Below are positions 9,683 to 19,318 of a DNA stretch of 64,000 nt, in pieces. Every line of letters begins with the position of its first letter. Within the stretch, counting starts at the first letter, position 1. Location: positions 6,506 to 70,505 of the forward strand of contig JAJRWI010000004.1 in the NCBI GenBank assembly GCA_024276825.1. Direction: 5' to 3'. The notes under the pieces are model-generated. The model saw only the letters and a list, made by a program, of their open reading frames with translations, was not told the origin of the DNA and did no database searches. This DNA comes from an archaeon. Lineage in GTDB: Archaea; Asgardarchaeota; Thorarchaeia; Thorarchaeales; Thorarchaeaceae. The position numbers were made by a program, and so were the translations under genes.

Positions 9683-9916
9683 GGATTCGATTTTCCTCTC
9701 ATGATCATCACAGCTCAACCAGCCCTCTCTCATAATTTCACAACCCGTTAATCCAAATAGCAAAACCTTTAGAACACGTGTTCTAAATCCATTTATTAGT
9801 CTTGGTCCAATGACCATCATTCATACTTTCCAATGGATTGAATAATGAGTCAAATTGCATCGTCCAAAATTGTTTTGAATGAATGTTTAACCGCAAAGAG
9901 TGTTTATTTCTGGTAG

Positions 9917-10390
9917 ATGAGCAGGATGGTACTGGAACGACCTCAAAACGCGAAGCAACTTGAAGACTTTGTTGAGAAAGCGATTAATGAGTACAAGCTC
10001 AGCTCCATTAGAGAGATGAGCGAGATCGCAAATGTCAGTAATGATACTATTGTTGAAGTGATTCAGAAGCTTATCACTGAGAACCGGATTGATGGACGCA
10101 TAGACCTTGAGGATGAACGGTTCTTCAGCAGCAGGATTGATGTCTCTACTGCTCCAACAGTCAAGAGCTCAACAGAAGCAAGGATAGTCCAGCCAGATAA
10201 TAAATATGGGAAATATGCGATATTGTCCGGTGCTGCCATCATCATTGTCGACGAGCTTATCCCAATATTTACTATCAACTCGATCTCCATGGCAGATGTC
10301 AAGGGGATCCTATTATTGATGGGTTTGGGCCTAATTATTGGAGGTCTATATTATACCAGCCAGAGAGGCACAGAGATAGTCACTGAGTGA
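9917..10390 (+). CDS. hypothetical protein, N-terminal winged-helix-like region plus two C-terminal TM helices
   Basis: 157 aa. SIREMSEIANVSNDTIVEVIQKLITENRIDGRIDL looks HTH-like. The C-terminus (YAILSGAAIIIV..., ILLLMGLGLIIGGLYY) is hydrophobic. Confidence 0.45.
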   Translation: MSRMVLERPQNAKQLEDFVEKAINEYKLSSIREMSEIANVSNDTIVEVIQKLITENRIDGRIDLEDERFFSSRIDVSTAPTVKSSTEARIVQPDNKYGKYAILSGAAIIIVDELIPIFTINSISMADVKGILLLMGLGLIIGGLYYTSQRGTEIVTE

Positions 10391-10585
10391 ATGCTAAATG
10401 ACCAGTGATTGGCATGTCCCTGAAGATAGACCTCGTACTCACAAGAAGTATCGCTAACAGGCAATTGGCAACTGACTTACGACAGTTGCTGTGATCTGAA
10501 CAATGTTAAATCACTTTCGTTGGATCTTCTCATGTTGAAAGTTCAAATGAAAATGTATTTCTTATGCAGTTCGTAATTGTTCGCT

Positions 10586-11443
10586 ATGCCTACTCCGTTT
10601 ATGCGTAATGGCAAGTATCTAGTAGCAAAAGCCACTTTGGATCCAGGAAAGAGCCTGAAAGCAGTCATTACTACAGCCATTGATGCTATTGGCGGAATTG
10701 ATAGGGTGATTCAACCCGGGGACAGGGTGACCATAAAGCCCAATTTAAACACCTCAGATCCTTACCCTGCATCTAGCGATCCCGCCTTTATTCAGGCTAT
10801 TGGTGAATTAGCCCTCGAAGCAGGGGCTGCAAAGATCGAGATTATAGAAGACTCGATGTTTCGGCTCTCTACTCGCGAGGTGGCACAAACTGTTGGTATT
10901 GAAGAGGTTGCACACAAACTCGATGCTGACCTGATATTTCTTGATGAACATGAGTGGGTGAAGGTTTCTTTTCCACGTGGAAAATATCTCAAGAGTGGTT
11001 CAATTGGAAAGCCCGTTTTGAATATTGAAAAGCTAATTCTTGCCCCATGTTTAAAGACACACTTTCTTGCTCGCTATACAGGGAGCATGAAGCTATTTGT
11101 GGGTTGGTTGAAACGAAAAGAACGCCTTCGGATGCATCTTAGAAACCTTGAACATAAAATACCTGATCTTGCATCCTTCTTTTCACCAGACCTGATAGTC
11201 ATGGATGCTCGCACTTGTTTCATCGAAGGTGGACCTGCAACAGGTACTTGTTCTTATCCCGGGTTGATTTTGGCGAGTGGAGATATGGTTTCAATTGATG
11301 TTGAAGGTGTGCGAATTATTCAGTGCTGCAACGGTAAGAACAAGCTTAATCTTGATGTCTGGGAAATCCCGCAGATAAAGAGAGCTGTCGAGATTGGCAT
11401 TGGTGCAAAGAGTGATGAAGACATTATTGTCATAGAAATCTAA
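10586..11443 (+). CDS. DUF362-domain protein
   Basis: VTIKPNLNTSDPYPASSDPAFIQAIGELALEAGA... and ...SIDVEGVRI fit the DUF362 (COG2006) pattern. ATG 10586 is preferred over TTG 10577. Confidence 0.6.
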   Translation: MPTPFMRNGKYLVAKATLDPGKSLKAVITTAIDAIGGIDRVIQPGDRVTIKPNLNTSDPYPASSDPAFIQAIGELALEAGAAKIEIIEDSMFRLSTREVAQTVGIEEVAHKLDADLIFLDEHEWVKVSFPRGKYLKSGSIGKPVLNIEKLILAPCLKTHFLARYTGSMKLFVGWLKRKERLRMHLRNLEHKIPDLASFFSPDLIVMDARTCFIEGGPATGTCSYPGLILASGDMVSIDVEGVRIIQCCNGKNKLNLDVWEIPQIKRAVEIGIGAKSDEDIIVIEI

Positions 11444-11510
11444 TTGATTGGAATTCAATTCGAAATGCACCCCGGTAAATCATTATGCGAGACTCAATTA
11501 TGTAGTCACT

Positions 11511-14500
11511 CTAAGTCCGTTGAATTGCTCCAAAAATCTCCCCCTTTGCCCTTTTTATTGCGGCCTTGATCTCAGGGTCCTCTCGCAGCTCTGCCCATTT
11601 GTAGATTGCACCAACAATCTCCATGGGATTGTATAACTCAGTAATAGCTGCTAGTATCTTATCCTTAACGCTCAGCACAGCTGCTCTGATTATTGGGTCA
11701 TTTTCCAATACCCTCCATCCGCCAACAGCATCTAGAATTATCCATGGCTCATTGTCACTTTTAATGGCTATTGCAATAGTTTTGTTGCTATTTTGAATCG
11801 ATGATATTATCAGTGTGTCATGCATTATGTTTTCCCACTTTCGAATGGCACTTATTATTCTCCAAGAGGCGGAGTTTTGCTCAATGGCCTTTGCTATTGC
11901 CTGTCGTATTTGTGGGTCGCTAGTTAATTCACTCCAGCCACTGATATTATCAATTATTGTCCATGGTGCCTCATCATGTTCTATGGCCTCAGCTATTCTT
12001 CTTTCGACACTTTCAATTGATTCCAGTATCATTGGGTTATTCCTAAGTTCACTCCATTTCCGTATCTCATGAATCATCATCCAGGGTGTTTCACCATGTT
12101 CAATGGTCCTAGTGATTGCTGCTATTACATTAGGGTCACTTCTCAGATCTGCCCATTTACTTATCTCTCTAATTAATAGCCATGGCATTTCATGTTGTTC
12201 AAGAATCCTTGCTATCATTGCTTTAATTTCTGAGTCGTTTCTAAAATCATCCCATTCACAGACTTCACGTACTGTTCTCAAGTTTTTGATTGACTCTGTT
12301 ATTGCTTGTCTAATATGAGGGTCGCTCCTAAGATGGTCCCATTTACAGACCTCACGAATTATCCACCATGGTTCGAAATCCAGTTTAATTGCATTAGCTA
12401 ATGCCCTCGTAATTCTGGAATCATTTCGAAGCTCATCACGCTGCAAAATCACGCGGGTAATTCTCCAAGTCTCATGACCCGTTTCTAAGGTGCTTATTAT
12501 CTTCCCTTTTACTCGTTCAACTGCAGCGCATATTTCAGGATCATCTCTTAGTCCCTCATTACTTAAGATGAAACTAATAACACTCCATGGTCTTTCATGC
12601 TGTTCAATACTATTCCTGAATAATTGGTGCCACTCCGTAGAGAATTGACGCCCCAACATCTCATCAATCATCACGGTTGTGCCTAAAAGTCCTCGGAAAA
12701 GATTCTCATATCTTGATATTGCTATATTGAAATAATTGATATAATCCATAATAGTTGATGGGATTATATGACTTGCATAATACTTCTCTATATTAATCAC
12801 TATTAAGTTATAGATGGTATTTTCTAGGAGATCTGGGGCATTATTTCTGCACCACTCAAGAAGTGATAATATGAGTGTTTCATTAATTGTAATCGGTTGG
12901 TCCGCGATCGTATCTGATGGTAGAAAGAAAACACTACTCTCATCTTTTGGTGTATGTCTCCAGAACTCCTCGGCCAATGTTCTATGGGGCAATTGAACCA
13001 GATCCAAGTCTTGCATATTTACAATGATTAGCTCTCCCCATTCAACTAGCTTGGATATTATCATCTCTAAGTCAAACTTTAGGTTTCCCCTGAGCCTTTT
13101 CCTTACAGCTGTTATGTCCTCAGTAGACTCAATTAGATAATCTATTGGAACTGGCATATCATGCGCATTGAAGAAAGAAATGGTTGAAACTAATGCCTTG
13201 AATAGCCTTTCCTTTTTTGATCTATTCACAGTGAATGGTGTGTCAAACACATGTTTATGAATCCGATACAACAGCGAATGAGTCGAATCAAGGTCATAAT
13301 AATACTTGCGAATTTCATCCCCAATATCAAGTTCATCTATGTCCTGACCCGCTCTAAGCGAATTGAGGGCAAATGAAAGAAGCCATAGACTACCACGGGA
13401 CTTCTCAGATATTTTTCTGACCAATGTTGAATCAATGTCTATCTTCTCTTTGAATTGGCTTATGATTCCCTCAATTGTTCTATCAAATTCCTCCTGTTGA
13501 AGCTTTGTTGTTGGAAGAAGTTTAGATGGCTGCTCATCATATGACTCTGCAATCCTTCTCTGCAAATCCATTACTGACCTGTCAAAATCATTATAGAGTG
13601 GACGTGCTAAAAATAGGAAATTAATGGCCCTATGAATGCTTTCTTTATTATGCTTTGAAGTCCTGTATCTTGAAAAGATCTCATTAGATACATCTACATT
13701 CACATGAATATTGTCTATTATGAACAGCACTCTCTCTGGTAAAACCTTCTCGCCCAGCGATTGAACTGCTGAAACATTGTATAATGAGTTGATGGTTCCG
13801 AGAATCCGTTCAATATCCTCTATTATTTTATCTGCGATTTCTGCTCCAGTCTTGGACTCGAGATTCAGATAGTAAGTGAAATGTCCCCATTCACTGATCC
13901 GCTTAAACCCCAGGATAAAGCTAAGAGTAGTCTTGCCCGCGCCTGACTTTGCTACTATCAGCTGCATATTGGAGGTGTTTTCAAAATTGTGTTCAATGCT
14001 TTCAATCAGGTCGTTTCGTTCATAAAAATATTCTTCAATGAGATCCAGCCAACTTATGTGCGGCTTTCTGAAAAACATTGGCTTCGGCCGATGGCCCCCA
14101 TATAGTTTCCATTCTTCAATGTCATTCAACACATCCTCAAAGAAAAGAACACTTTGCAACGAACGAAAGTATGTTGACCTGATTGGAGGAATCAATGTTT
14201 GTGATATATATTGTTGAACGGTATTGATGTTCTCATGTACGGTGAACAGCAACTCCAGAATACTGGAGTCTGATGCCTGAACAGCTACGACTCTTGCAAG
14301 TCTAAGTCTTAGATGCATGGCAATGGCTTGAGAAGTCTGTTGGTCAAATCCAGCACCTGTCAATATTGCTGAGATAATCTCAATAAATGACCTGTTGTTT
14401 TTTATGCTCTCAAATACAAGGTCCTTCTCTTTGTGAATATGGTCTACAAGGCCATCAAGAACCTTCTTTTGCTTCCTGTCCAGTGTCCTGTAAATCTCTA

Positions 14501-14723
14501 GCTCCTTGATACTCTTTCTTATGCTCTTTCTTATTGCTCTTTGACAGTTCTTATTCCATAGCCACTCAAGAACCTTTACTACCGAGTCACCTGCCAGTTG
14601 CGAAAATGCTGATGATGCAAAATTGCCCGCCACATTCAACAGTGTTTTTATACTCTCTGAACTTGTAAGAATAAGAGCAATTCTTGAAAGGATACTCGGC
14701 GCGTCATTGGCATCGTCTGACAT
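11511..14723 (-). CDS. large P-loop NTPase (STAND/NACHT-like) with C-terminal array of ~10 Trp-containing helical repeats
   Basis: 1070 aa. Walker A is IVAKSGAGKTT and a Walker-B-like motif is RVLFIIDNIH. The N-terminal ~250 aa is helical and unassigned. The C-terminal ~370 aa is built of 33-40-aa units of the type EPWxIIxEIxKWxxLRxDPxIxxAI. Confidence 0.75.
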   Translation of the reverse strand: MSDDANDAPSILSRIALILTSSESIKTLLNVAGNFASSAFSQLAGDSVVKVLEWLWNKNCQRAIRKSIRKSIKELEIYRTLDRKQKKVLDGLVDHIHKEKDLVFESIKNNRSFIEIISAILTGAGFDQQTSQAIAMHLRLRLARVVAVQASDSSILELLFTVHENINTVQQYISQTLIPPIRSTYFRSLQSVLFFEDVLNDIEEWKLYGGHRPKPMFFRKPHISWLDLIEEYFYERNDLIESIEHNFENTSNMQLIVAKSGAGKTTLSFILGFKRISEWGHFTYYLNLESKTGAEIADKIIEDIERILGTINSLYNVSAVQSLGEKVLPERVLFIIDNIHVNVDVSNEIFSRYRTSKHNKESIHRAINFLFLARPLYNDFDRSVMDLQRRIAESYDEQPSKLLPTTKLQQEEFDRTIEGIISQFKEKIDIDSTLVRKISEKSRGSLWLLSFALNSLRAGQDIDELDIGDEIRKYYYDLDSTHSLLYRIHKHVFDTPFTVNRSKKERLFKALVSTISFFNAHDMPVPIDYLIESTEDITAVRKRLRGNLKFDLEMIISKLVEWGELIIVNMQDLDLVQLPHRTLAEEFWRHTPKDESSVFFLPSDTIADQPITINETLILSLLEWCRNNAPDLLENTIYNLIVINIEKYYASHIIPSTIMDYINYFNIAISRYENLFRGLLGTTVMIDEMLGRQFSTEWHQLFRNSIEQHERPWSVISFILSNEGLRDDPEICAAVERVKGKIISTLETGHETWRITRVILQRDELRNDSRITRALANAIKLDFEPWWIIREVCKWDHLRSDPHIRQAITESIKNLRTVREVCEWDDFRNDSEIKAMIARILEQHEMPWLLIREISKWADLRSDPNVIAAITRTIEHGETPWMMIHEIRKWSELRNNPMILESIESVERRIAEAIEHDEAPWTIIDNISGWSELTSDPQIRQAIAKAIEQNSASWRIISAIRKWENIMHDTLIISSIQNSNKTIAIAIKSDNEPWIILDAVGGWRVLENDPIIRAAVLSVKDKILAAITELYNPMEIVGAIYKWAELREDPEIKAAIKRAKGEIFGAIQRT
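11514..12610 (-). repeat. in-frame tandem coding repeats (about 10 units of ~100-120 nt) in the 3' third of the NTPase gene
   Basis: Protein-level periodicity: PWSVISFILSNEGLRDDPEI / PWWIIREVCKWDHLRSDPHI / PWLLIREISKWADLRSDPNV / PWMMIHEIRKWSELRNNPMI / PWTIIDNISGWSELTSDPQI / PWIILDAVGGWRVLENDPII, and others. Confidence 0.7.
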
Positions 14724-15129
14724 TGTGGACTCTCCATATATGCAAGGTTTCTAAACAGAGAATAGAATTTGAATCTTGTTTATCTAGAAACCATTGTGAT
14801 GACTTTCTCGAATCTGGCATTATGAAACAAATAGTGCACTATTGAAGAGTGGTACTACAAATCATTATGATATGAATATGGTCATCTGCATATTTCGATC
14901 TTTGAAGATTATTGTTCATCGTTACAGTTATATTTGCTTTTAGTAGTAAAGACTTGACCACCAATCGAAGGCAGGTATGAAAACTCACAAAGGACAAGAC
15001 AAAGACATGTGGTATGAAAATCAGCAGCCTGAGAATCGCTGCAGTTGATATTACGTGTCCTATTCTACATGGTTTTTAATGCCTAGAGGAGACTAGGTGG
15101 TATGCCCGCAATAAGGAGTGTGATAAAAA

Positions 15130-17175
15130 ATGAAGACCTATCCTACTGACAGACCTGTTCTTGTGACATGTGGATTGCCTTATGCAAGTGGAACCATGCA
15201 CATTGGTCATCTTCGCACTTATGTGCCAGCTGATGTTTTTGTCAGACTCCTCAGAAAAATGCGGGTGGATGTGACCTTTGTGTGCGGATCGGACACCCAT
15301 GGTACTCCAGTTGTGACCGCCGCTGAAAAGGAAGGTGTCACTCCAAAGGAGTTGTACTCAAAGTACCACCAGCATTATCTCGAGATGTTTCCAAAGATAA
15401 ACATAATCTTCGACAACTATGGCACAACTGATGACCCCGAGAATATTGAACGGACAACTCAGATTGTAAATGAGTTGAAGAAGAATGGATACATCTATCC
15501 AAAGGATTTAGAAACCCCATATTGTGACAAGTGCTGACGGTCTCTTCCTGATAGATATGTACGAGGTGAATGCCCTTACTGTGGTGCTGATGCACGTGGC
15601 GACGAATGTGATCAGGGATGCGGCAGGTATCTCGAGCCCGGTGAGATTCTTAATCCACGATGTGCCATTTGTGGGTCTCCAACAAGGCCAGTCACGCGTA
15701 CTCATTACTATTTCAAACTGACAGCATTTGAGGAATTCCTGAATGAATATCTAAAAAATGTCGATGGTACCAAGAACGCAAGAAACTACGCGTTGGGCTG
15801 GGTAAAGGAAGGTCTTAAGGACTGGTGTATCACACGAGACCTTGATTGGGGCATCAAGTTCCCAGGAGATGAGGATCTGACCCTATATGTTTGGGTCGAT
15901 GCTCCAATTCATTACATGTCAAGTACTGAGCAATGGGCCAAGAAGACGGGTAATCCTAATGCTTGGGAGAAGTTCTGGAAACCCGGCGATGGTATTATCG
16001 TTCATTACATTGGTCAAGACATTGTATATCACCATTGCATATTCTGGCCATCTATGTTAAAGGGAAGTGGATATAATCTCCCATACGCAATAGTTGCATC
16101 GGGCATGGTCAAGGTTGAAGGACATAATTTCAGTAGAAGTAGGGGATATGTTGTCTGGATAGAAGACGACTATCTTGCCAAAGGAATGGACCCAGACTAT
16201 CTACGATACTATATGGTGAGTGCGACCAGTCAGACCAAAGATCTTGACTTCTCATGGGAGACCTTGAAGGACAAGGTGAACAATGAATTGGTAGCAACTC
16301 TTGGTAATTTTATCTATAGGGCTCTTCATTTCACAAGGAAGAAGTTTGGAGTCATACCCGATGGTGTTCTTGATGCGAAGTTGAAGGATGAGATTCAAAA
16401 GACGGTTTCCACAGTAATAGATGCAGTCAATGAATATGAACTCAAGAAGGTCAGTGACACAATACTTCACCTTGCCACAATTGGAAACGAGTACTTCCAA
16501 GAAAACAGGCCTTGGGAACTAATACACACTGACAAGGAGCAATGCGGTCGCGTTCTGTTTAATGCGCTGAGTCTAGTAAAAGCCCTTGCAATCTTGATTG
16601 AACCCATAATGCCCTCGGTTGCTGAGAAGGTCTGGGGTCAGATTGGATACTCATCAAGTGAAATCCATTCAACTACTTTTGATGAAATTCTCTGTCCTCT
16701 TGAATCTGGAAGGGAACTCCCCTCCCCAGTGCCAATAATCACAAAACTGGAAGATGACGTGCTAGAGTCCCTGAAAGATGTCCTAACAACAAGGATTAAA
16801 GCGGCAGAGGCTTCAGAGCGAGGTGAATCATCGGAGGAAAAAACCGTGGCAGTGTCTTTTGAAGAGTTCAAAAAGCTTGATTTGAGAGCAGGCAAGATTA
16901 TCGAATGCGAGAAGGTACCAAGAACCAAGAAGTTGCTAAAGCTCACTGTTGATATCGGCGACGAAGTCAGGACAATTGTCACAGGCCTTGCTGATCAATA
17001 TGAACCGGAGGACCTGAAAGGAATCACAGCTCTGTTCTTGGTGAACCTCGAGCCAAAGAAATTTGCTGGGATTGAGAGCAAGGGGATGATTCTTGCTGTT
17101 GAGAAGGCCGATGAGCCCGGTCGTTGGATTCCAGTGAAGGTGGATGGCGTTCCGCCGGGAAGTAAGGCTGCATAA
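15130..17175 (+). CDS. metG: methionine--tRNA ligase (MetRS) with C-terminal tRNA-binding (Trbp111/EMAP-like) domain, interrupted by one in-frame TGA
   Basis: HIGH motif (MHIGHL), zinc-knuckle insertion (CPYCG, CAICG), and a C-terminal [15 protein letters not shown]...[19 protein letters not shown]. Track pieces 15130..15537 and 15793..17175 share one frame, and my read of 15538-15792 has no stop. Confidence 0.85.
15535..15537 (+). other. in-frame TGA within metG (recoding candidate, pseudogene lesion or sequence error)
   Basis: Context is tat tgt gac aag tgc TGA cgg tct ctt cct gat aga tat gta, which reads [13 protein letters not shown]. Confidence 0.8.
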
Positions 17176-17187
17176 GGGAGACTAGCC

Positions 17188-17227
17188 GGGAGCATCCTTA
17201 GCATGATGCCCCCTGTTTTTTCTTTTC
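17188..17227 (+). terminator. hairpin plus oligo-T downstream of metG
   Basis: gggagcat-ccttagcatg-atgcccc forms 7 bp with one bulge and is followed by ctgttttttcttttcc. Archaeal termination typically uses T-tracts. Confidence 0.5.
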
Positions 17228-17324
17228 CAATCTTGATGTATGTGGTCTGATCTTCTGATGCCATAATCGATACATGATATGATTTTATGCACCTTGTTGT
17301 AACTCAGCATAACATTCTCAGGAC

Positions 17325-17894
17325 TTGATCATATTGCCTGCTCTGTTGTATCTCTTGAACCATACAGAACCTGAGGTAGAGTATGGTGAGATACCTAGCA
17401 AATGGAACCTCTCTCGAAAGGGCCGTGAGCAGGCTGTGGCTCTAGCACTTTCTGGAGTCTTCTCATCAGTTGATGTGATTGTGTCATCATCAGAACCTCG
17501 AGCTTTTCAGACTGCCTATCCAATTGCTATTCGAAACAAAGTAAAGGTAATCAGAAATCCTCTATTCAATGAATTAAACCAAGATGGCGGGTTCTTCATG
17601 ACCTCAAGGGGCTATGAAGAATCGGTAAAGATGGTACTGATGGACCCTGACTACAAAGTATATGGCTGGGAAACTCATCGTGCTGCTCTGGCTAGATTTC
17701 AAAATGGGATCAGGGAAACTCTTGATGAGTACAATGTTGGGAGCATTCTTGTAGTCTCACACAATATTATTCTAACATTGTTCTTTTGTTATGTTCTTGG
17801 AGCTTTTGAATCAGCAATAGAAAGATGGCAGTCACTCAAATATGGAGCATGGGGCATCATAAATGGTGATGTTGTGGTTAAAGACATAGTCTAA
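17325..17894 (+). CDS. histidine phosphatase (phosphoglycerate mutase-like) superfamily protein, atypical N-terminal motif
   Basis: LYLLNHTEPEV occupies the place of the canonical LxRHGE motif (Arg replaced by Asn, His kept). Later LVVSHNIILTL matches the second His motif. TTG start only. Confidence 0.5.
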   Translation: MIILPALLYLLNHTEPEVEYGEIPSKWNLSRKGREQAVALALSGVFSSVDVIVSSSEPRAFQTAYPIAIRNKVKVIRNPLFNELNQDGGFFMTSRGYEESVKMVLMDPDYKVYGWETHRAALARFQNGIRETLDEYNVGSILVVSHNIILTLFFCYVLGAFESAIERWQSLKYGAWGIINGDVVVKDIV

Positions 17895-17902
17895 ATTCAA
17901 TT

Positions 17903-18433
17903 TTACTTTTCTGCCATGCTCAATACGCTAATAGGAATGTTGTCTGGAGTAGTCTTTTCAAATGCTCCTGCAATAAGCTTGGCTACATATCCAACTATTG
18001 GAATATACAATAATAGGAATAGAGCTAAAATCAGATTAGACGCCAGACTGAATGGGATGAAGAAACCTCCTGTAATCCTTACGGGAATATCAATAATGAA
18101 TAGAAAGACTATAAGGCCGATGCTATGCATGAGTTGAGATGAAATGCTATTATTAATCTCAATCTTCCAAAGAACTCGAGATATATATGCATTGATTAAT
18201 CCGAAAGAAACTAGAAACGCAATGGCGAAAATGAAATGGAACAAGGCCAGGATTTGAAAAGTTGCATAAATGAAAATAATGCAGACTCCGTGAATCAAAT
18301 AGAGAAGCCAAGGCGATGGTCCAGCTTGAGGTTCTTCTTCAGTTGAGTTGTCCCCTTCATAGATGGCCAAGGATCCTCCCCAATTTCCTACTCGATTCAA
18401 ATTGATATTAACTTTGTGAATTTTTTCTTGCAT
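17903..18433 (-). CDS. hypothetical multi-pass membrane protein
   Basis: 176 aa with four or five hydrophobic helices. No family recognised. Confidence 0.5.
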   Translation of the reverse strand: MQEKIHKVNINLNRVGNWGGSLAIYEGDNSTEEEPQAGPSPWLLYLIHGVCIIFIYATFQILALFHFIFAIAFLVSFGLINAYISRVLWKIEINNSISSQLMHSIGLIVFLFIIDIPVRITGGFFIPFSLASNLILALFLLLYIPIVGYVAKLIAGAFEKTTPDNIPISVLSMAEK

Positions 18434-18487
18434 ATTCTGAGAATCGTTATAAACAGATGGTGTAATCAGTTATCATTGGTGAAATTA

Positions 18488-19006
18488 ATGAAAAAACTCA
18501 CAAAGAGCCTTATCACTGACTATGAGAAGTTCAAGTCCGAATGGGAAAAGGATTCTGGCACTCCTGAAGAAACTATAATGTATTATATTATTGCAGCATT
18601 GAACTTGGAAAAGGATCGCAAACTCGGAGAAGCAATGATGACAGTGGTCGTTTCAAAAAAGGACCTAGTAGAAGATAGCAAGTCCCCCTCTGGATACAAA
18701 TTGCGAAGAACTGGTTCTGGTTATTATATCGGACAATTTCTAAAGGACAAGAACATTGCAAGATCGTATGTGGGGGGCACGCCCGAGAACGACTATGAGA
18801 TCAGCAAAAACAATCTTGTTATGTCTGTTGTCAAGGTTATTGATAGAAACGAGAAGACGAAAAAAATATTCATCCAGAGCGGTGGCAAAGACAACCCCAC
18901 ACCAGTGACGCTCAAGATGAACCGCCATGGACAGTGGAAGTTGGTCGAATATTCTTCCATATGTACAGGTGTGAAGCCTCCTGCCTCTCAAGTTGATGAT
19001 TTTTAG
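18488..19006 (+). CDS. hypothetical protein
   Basis: MKKLTKSLITDYEKFKSEWEKD... ATG 18488 is preceded by GGTGA at a 6-nt spacing. The track start 18416 overlaps the divergent gene. No family recognised. Confidence 0.5.
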   Translation: MKKLTKSLITDYEKFKSEWEKDSGTPEETIMYYIIAALNLEKDRKLGEAMMTVVVSKKDLVEDSKSPSGYKLRRTGSGYYIGQFLKDKNIARSYVGGTPENDYEISKNNLVMSVVKVIDRNEKTKKIFIQSGGKDNPTPVTLKMNRHGQWKLVEYSSICTGVKPPASQVDDF

Positions 19007-19030
19007 GAAGCCATTGGCTTCTCCTTTTTT
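19007..19030 (+). terminator. hairpin plus T-tract
   Basis: gaagcc-att-ggcttc is followed by tcctttttt, immediately after the stop at 19006. Confidence 0.5.
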
Positions 19031-19318
19031 GCCAAAAGTGCTTTGAATCACCATTCCTCATTATGAAACATATGGTTTGACACAACTACTGACTAAATCA
19101 TTAATTCATTTTATGGCAACATGGCATTTATGAACATAGAACATCCTTCCACAGATAATAAATAGAGGAATAATTGCCTCTCATGGCAGAATCATGGCTC
19201 CAAAAGGAAGGAGTCCCTTAAAAACCACGGACGGCAACTTTCTTAAGAGGTCTGTGGACAATAGATAATAATTCAAATAAATGTCGAAAATGAATTCATC
19301 CGTATATGCATTGAGGAG

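Noticed and set aside
11448-11636. 62-aa plus-strand ORF between the DUF362 gene and the NTPase gene
   Set aside because: It overlaps the 3' end of the convergent 1070-aa gene and has no supporting motif or SD.
12355-12375. tRNA T-loop-like string ggttcgaaatcc
   Set aside because: It has one extra base relative to the GGTTCGAATCC consensus, no flanking cloverleaf arms, and lies inside the NTPase coding repeats.
11514-12610. Periodic DNA that might be mistaken for a CRISPR or other tandem array
   Set aside because: The periodicity is in-frame and conserved at protein level only, with divergent DNA, variable unit length and no repeat/spacer structure.
15338-15721. Short ORFs (15338..15595 -, 15508..15705 -, 15524..15721 +) in the apparent gap of metG
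   Set aside because: They are out of frame or antisense to a continuous MetRS reading frame whose translation matches conserved zinc-knuckle motifs.
15130-17175. Genome-wide reassignment of TGA to a sense codon as the explanation for the metG TGA
   Set aside because: Multiple confident neighbouring genes end at TGA at the expected protein length (for example stops at 3050-3052, 3970-3972 and 4454-4456).
17176-17324. Possible archaeal SECIS element in the metG 3' UTR
   Set aside because: The only clear structure is a 7-bp bulged hairpin followed by an oligo-T run, which looks like a terminator. I could not recognise the GAA/A internal loop or a kink-turn arrangement by eye. A covariance-model scan is needed.
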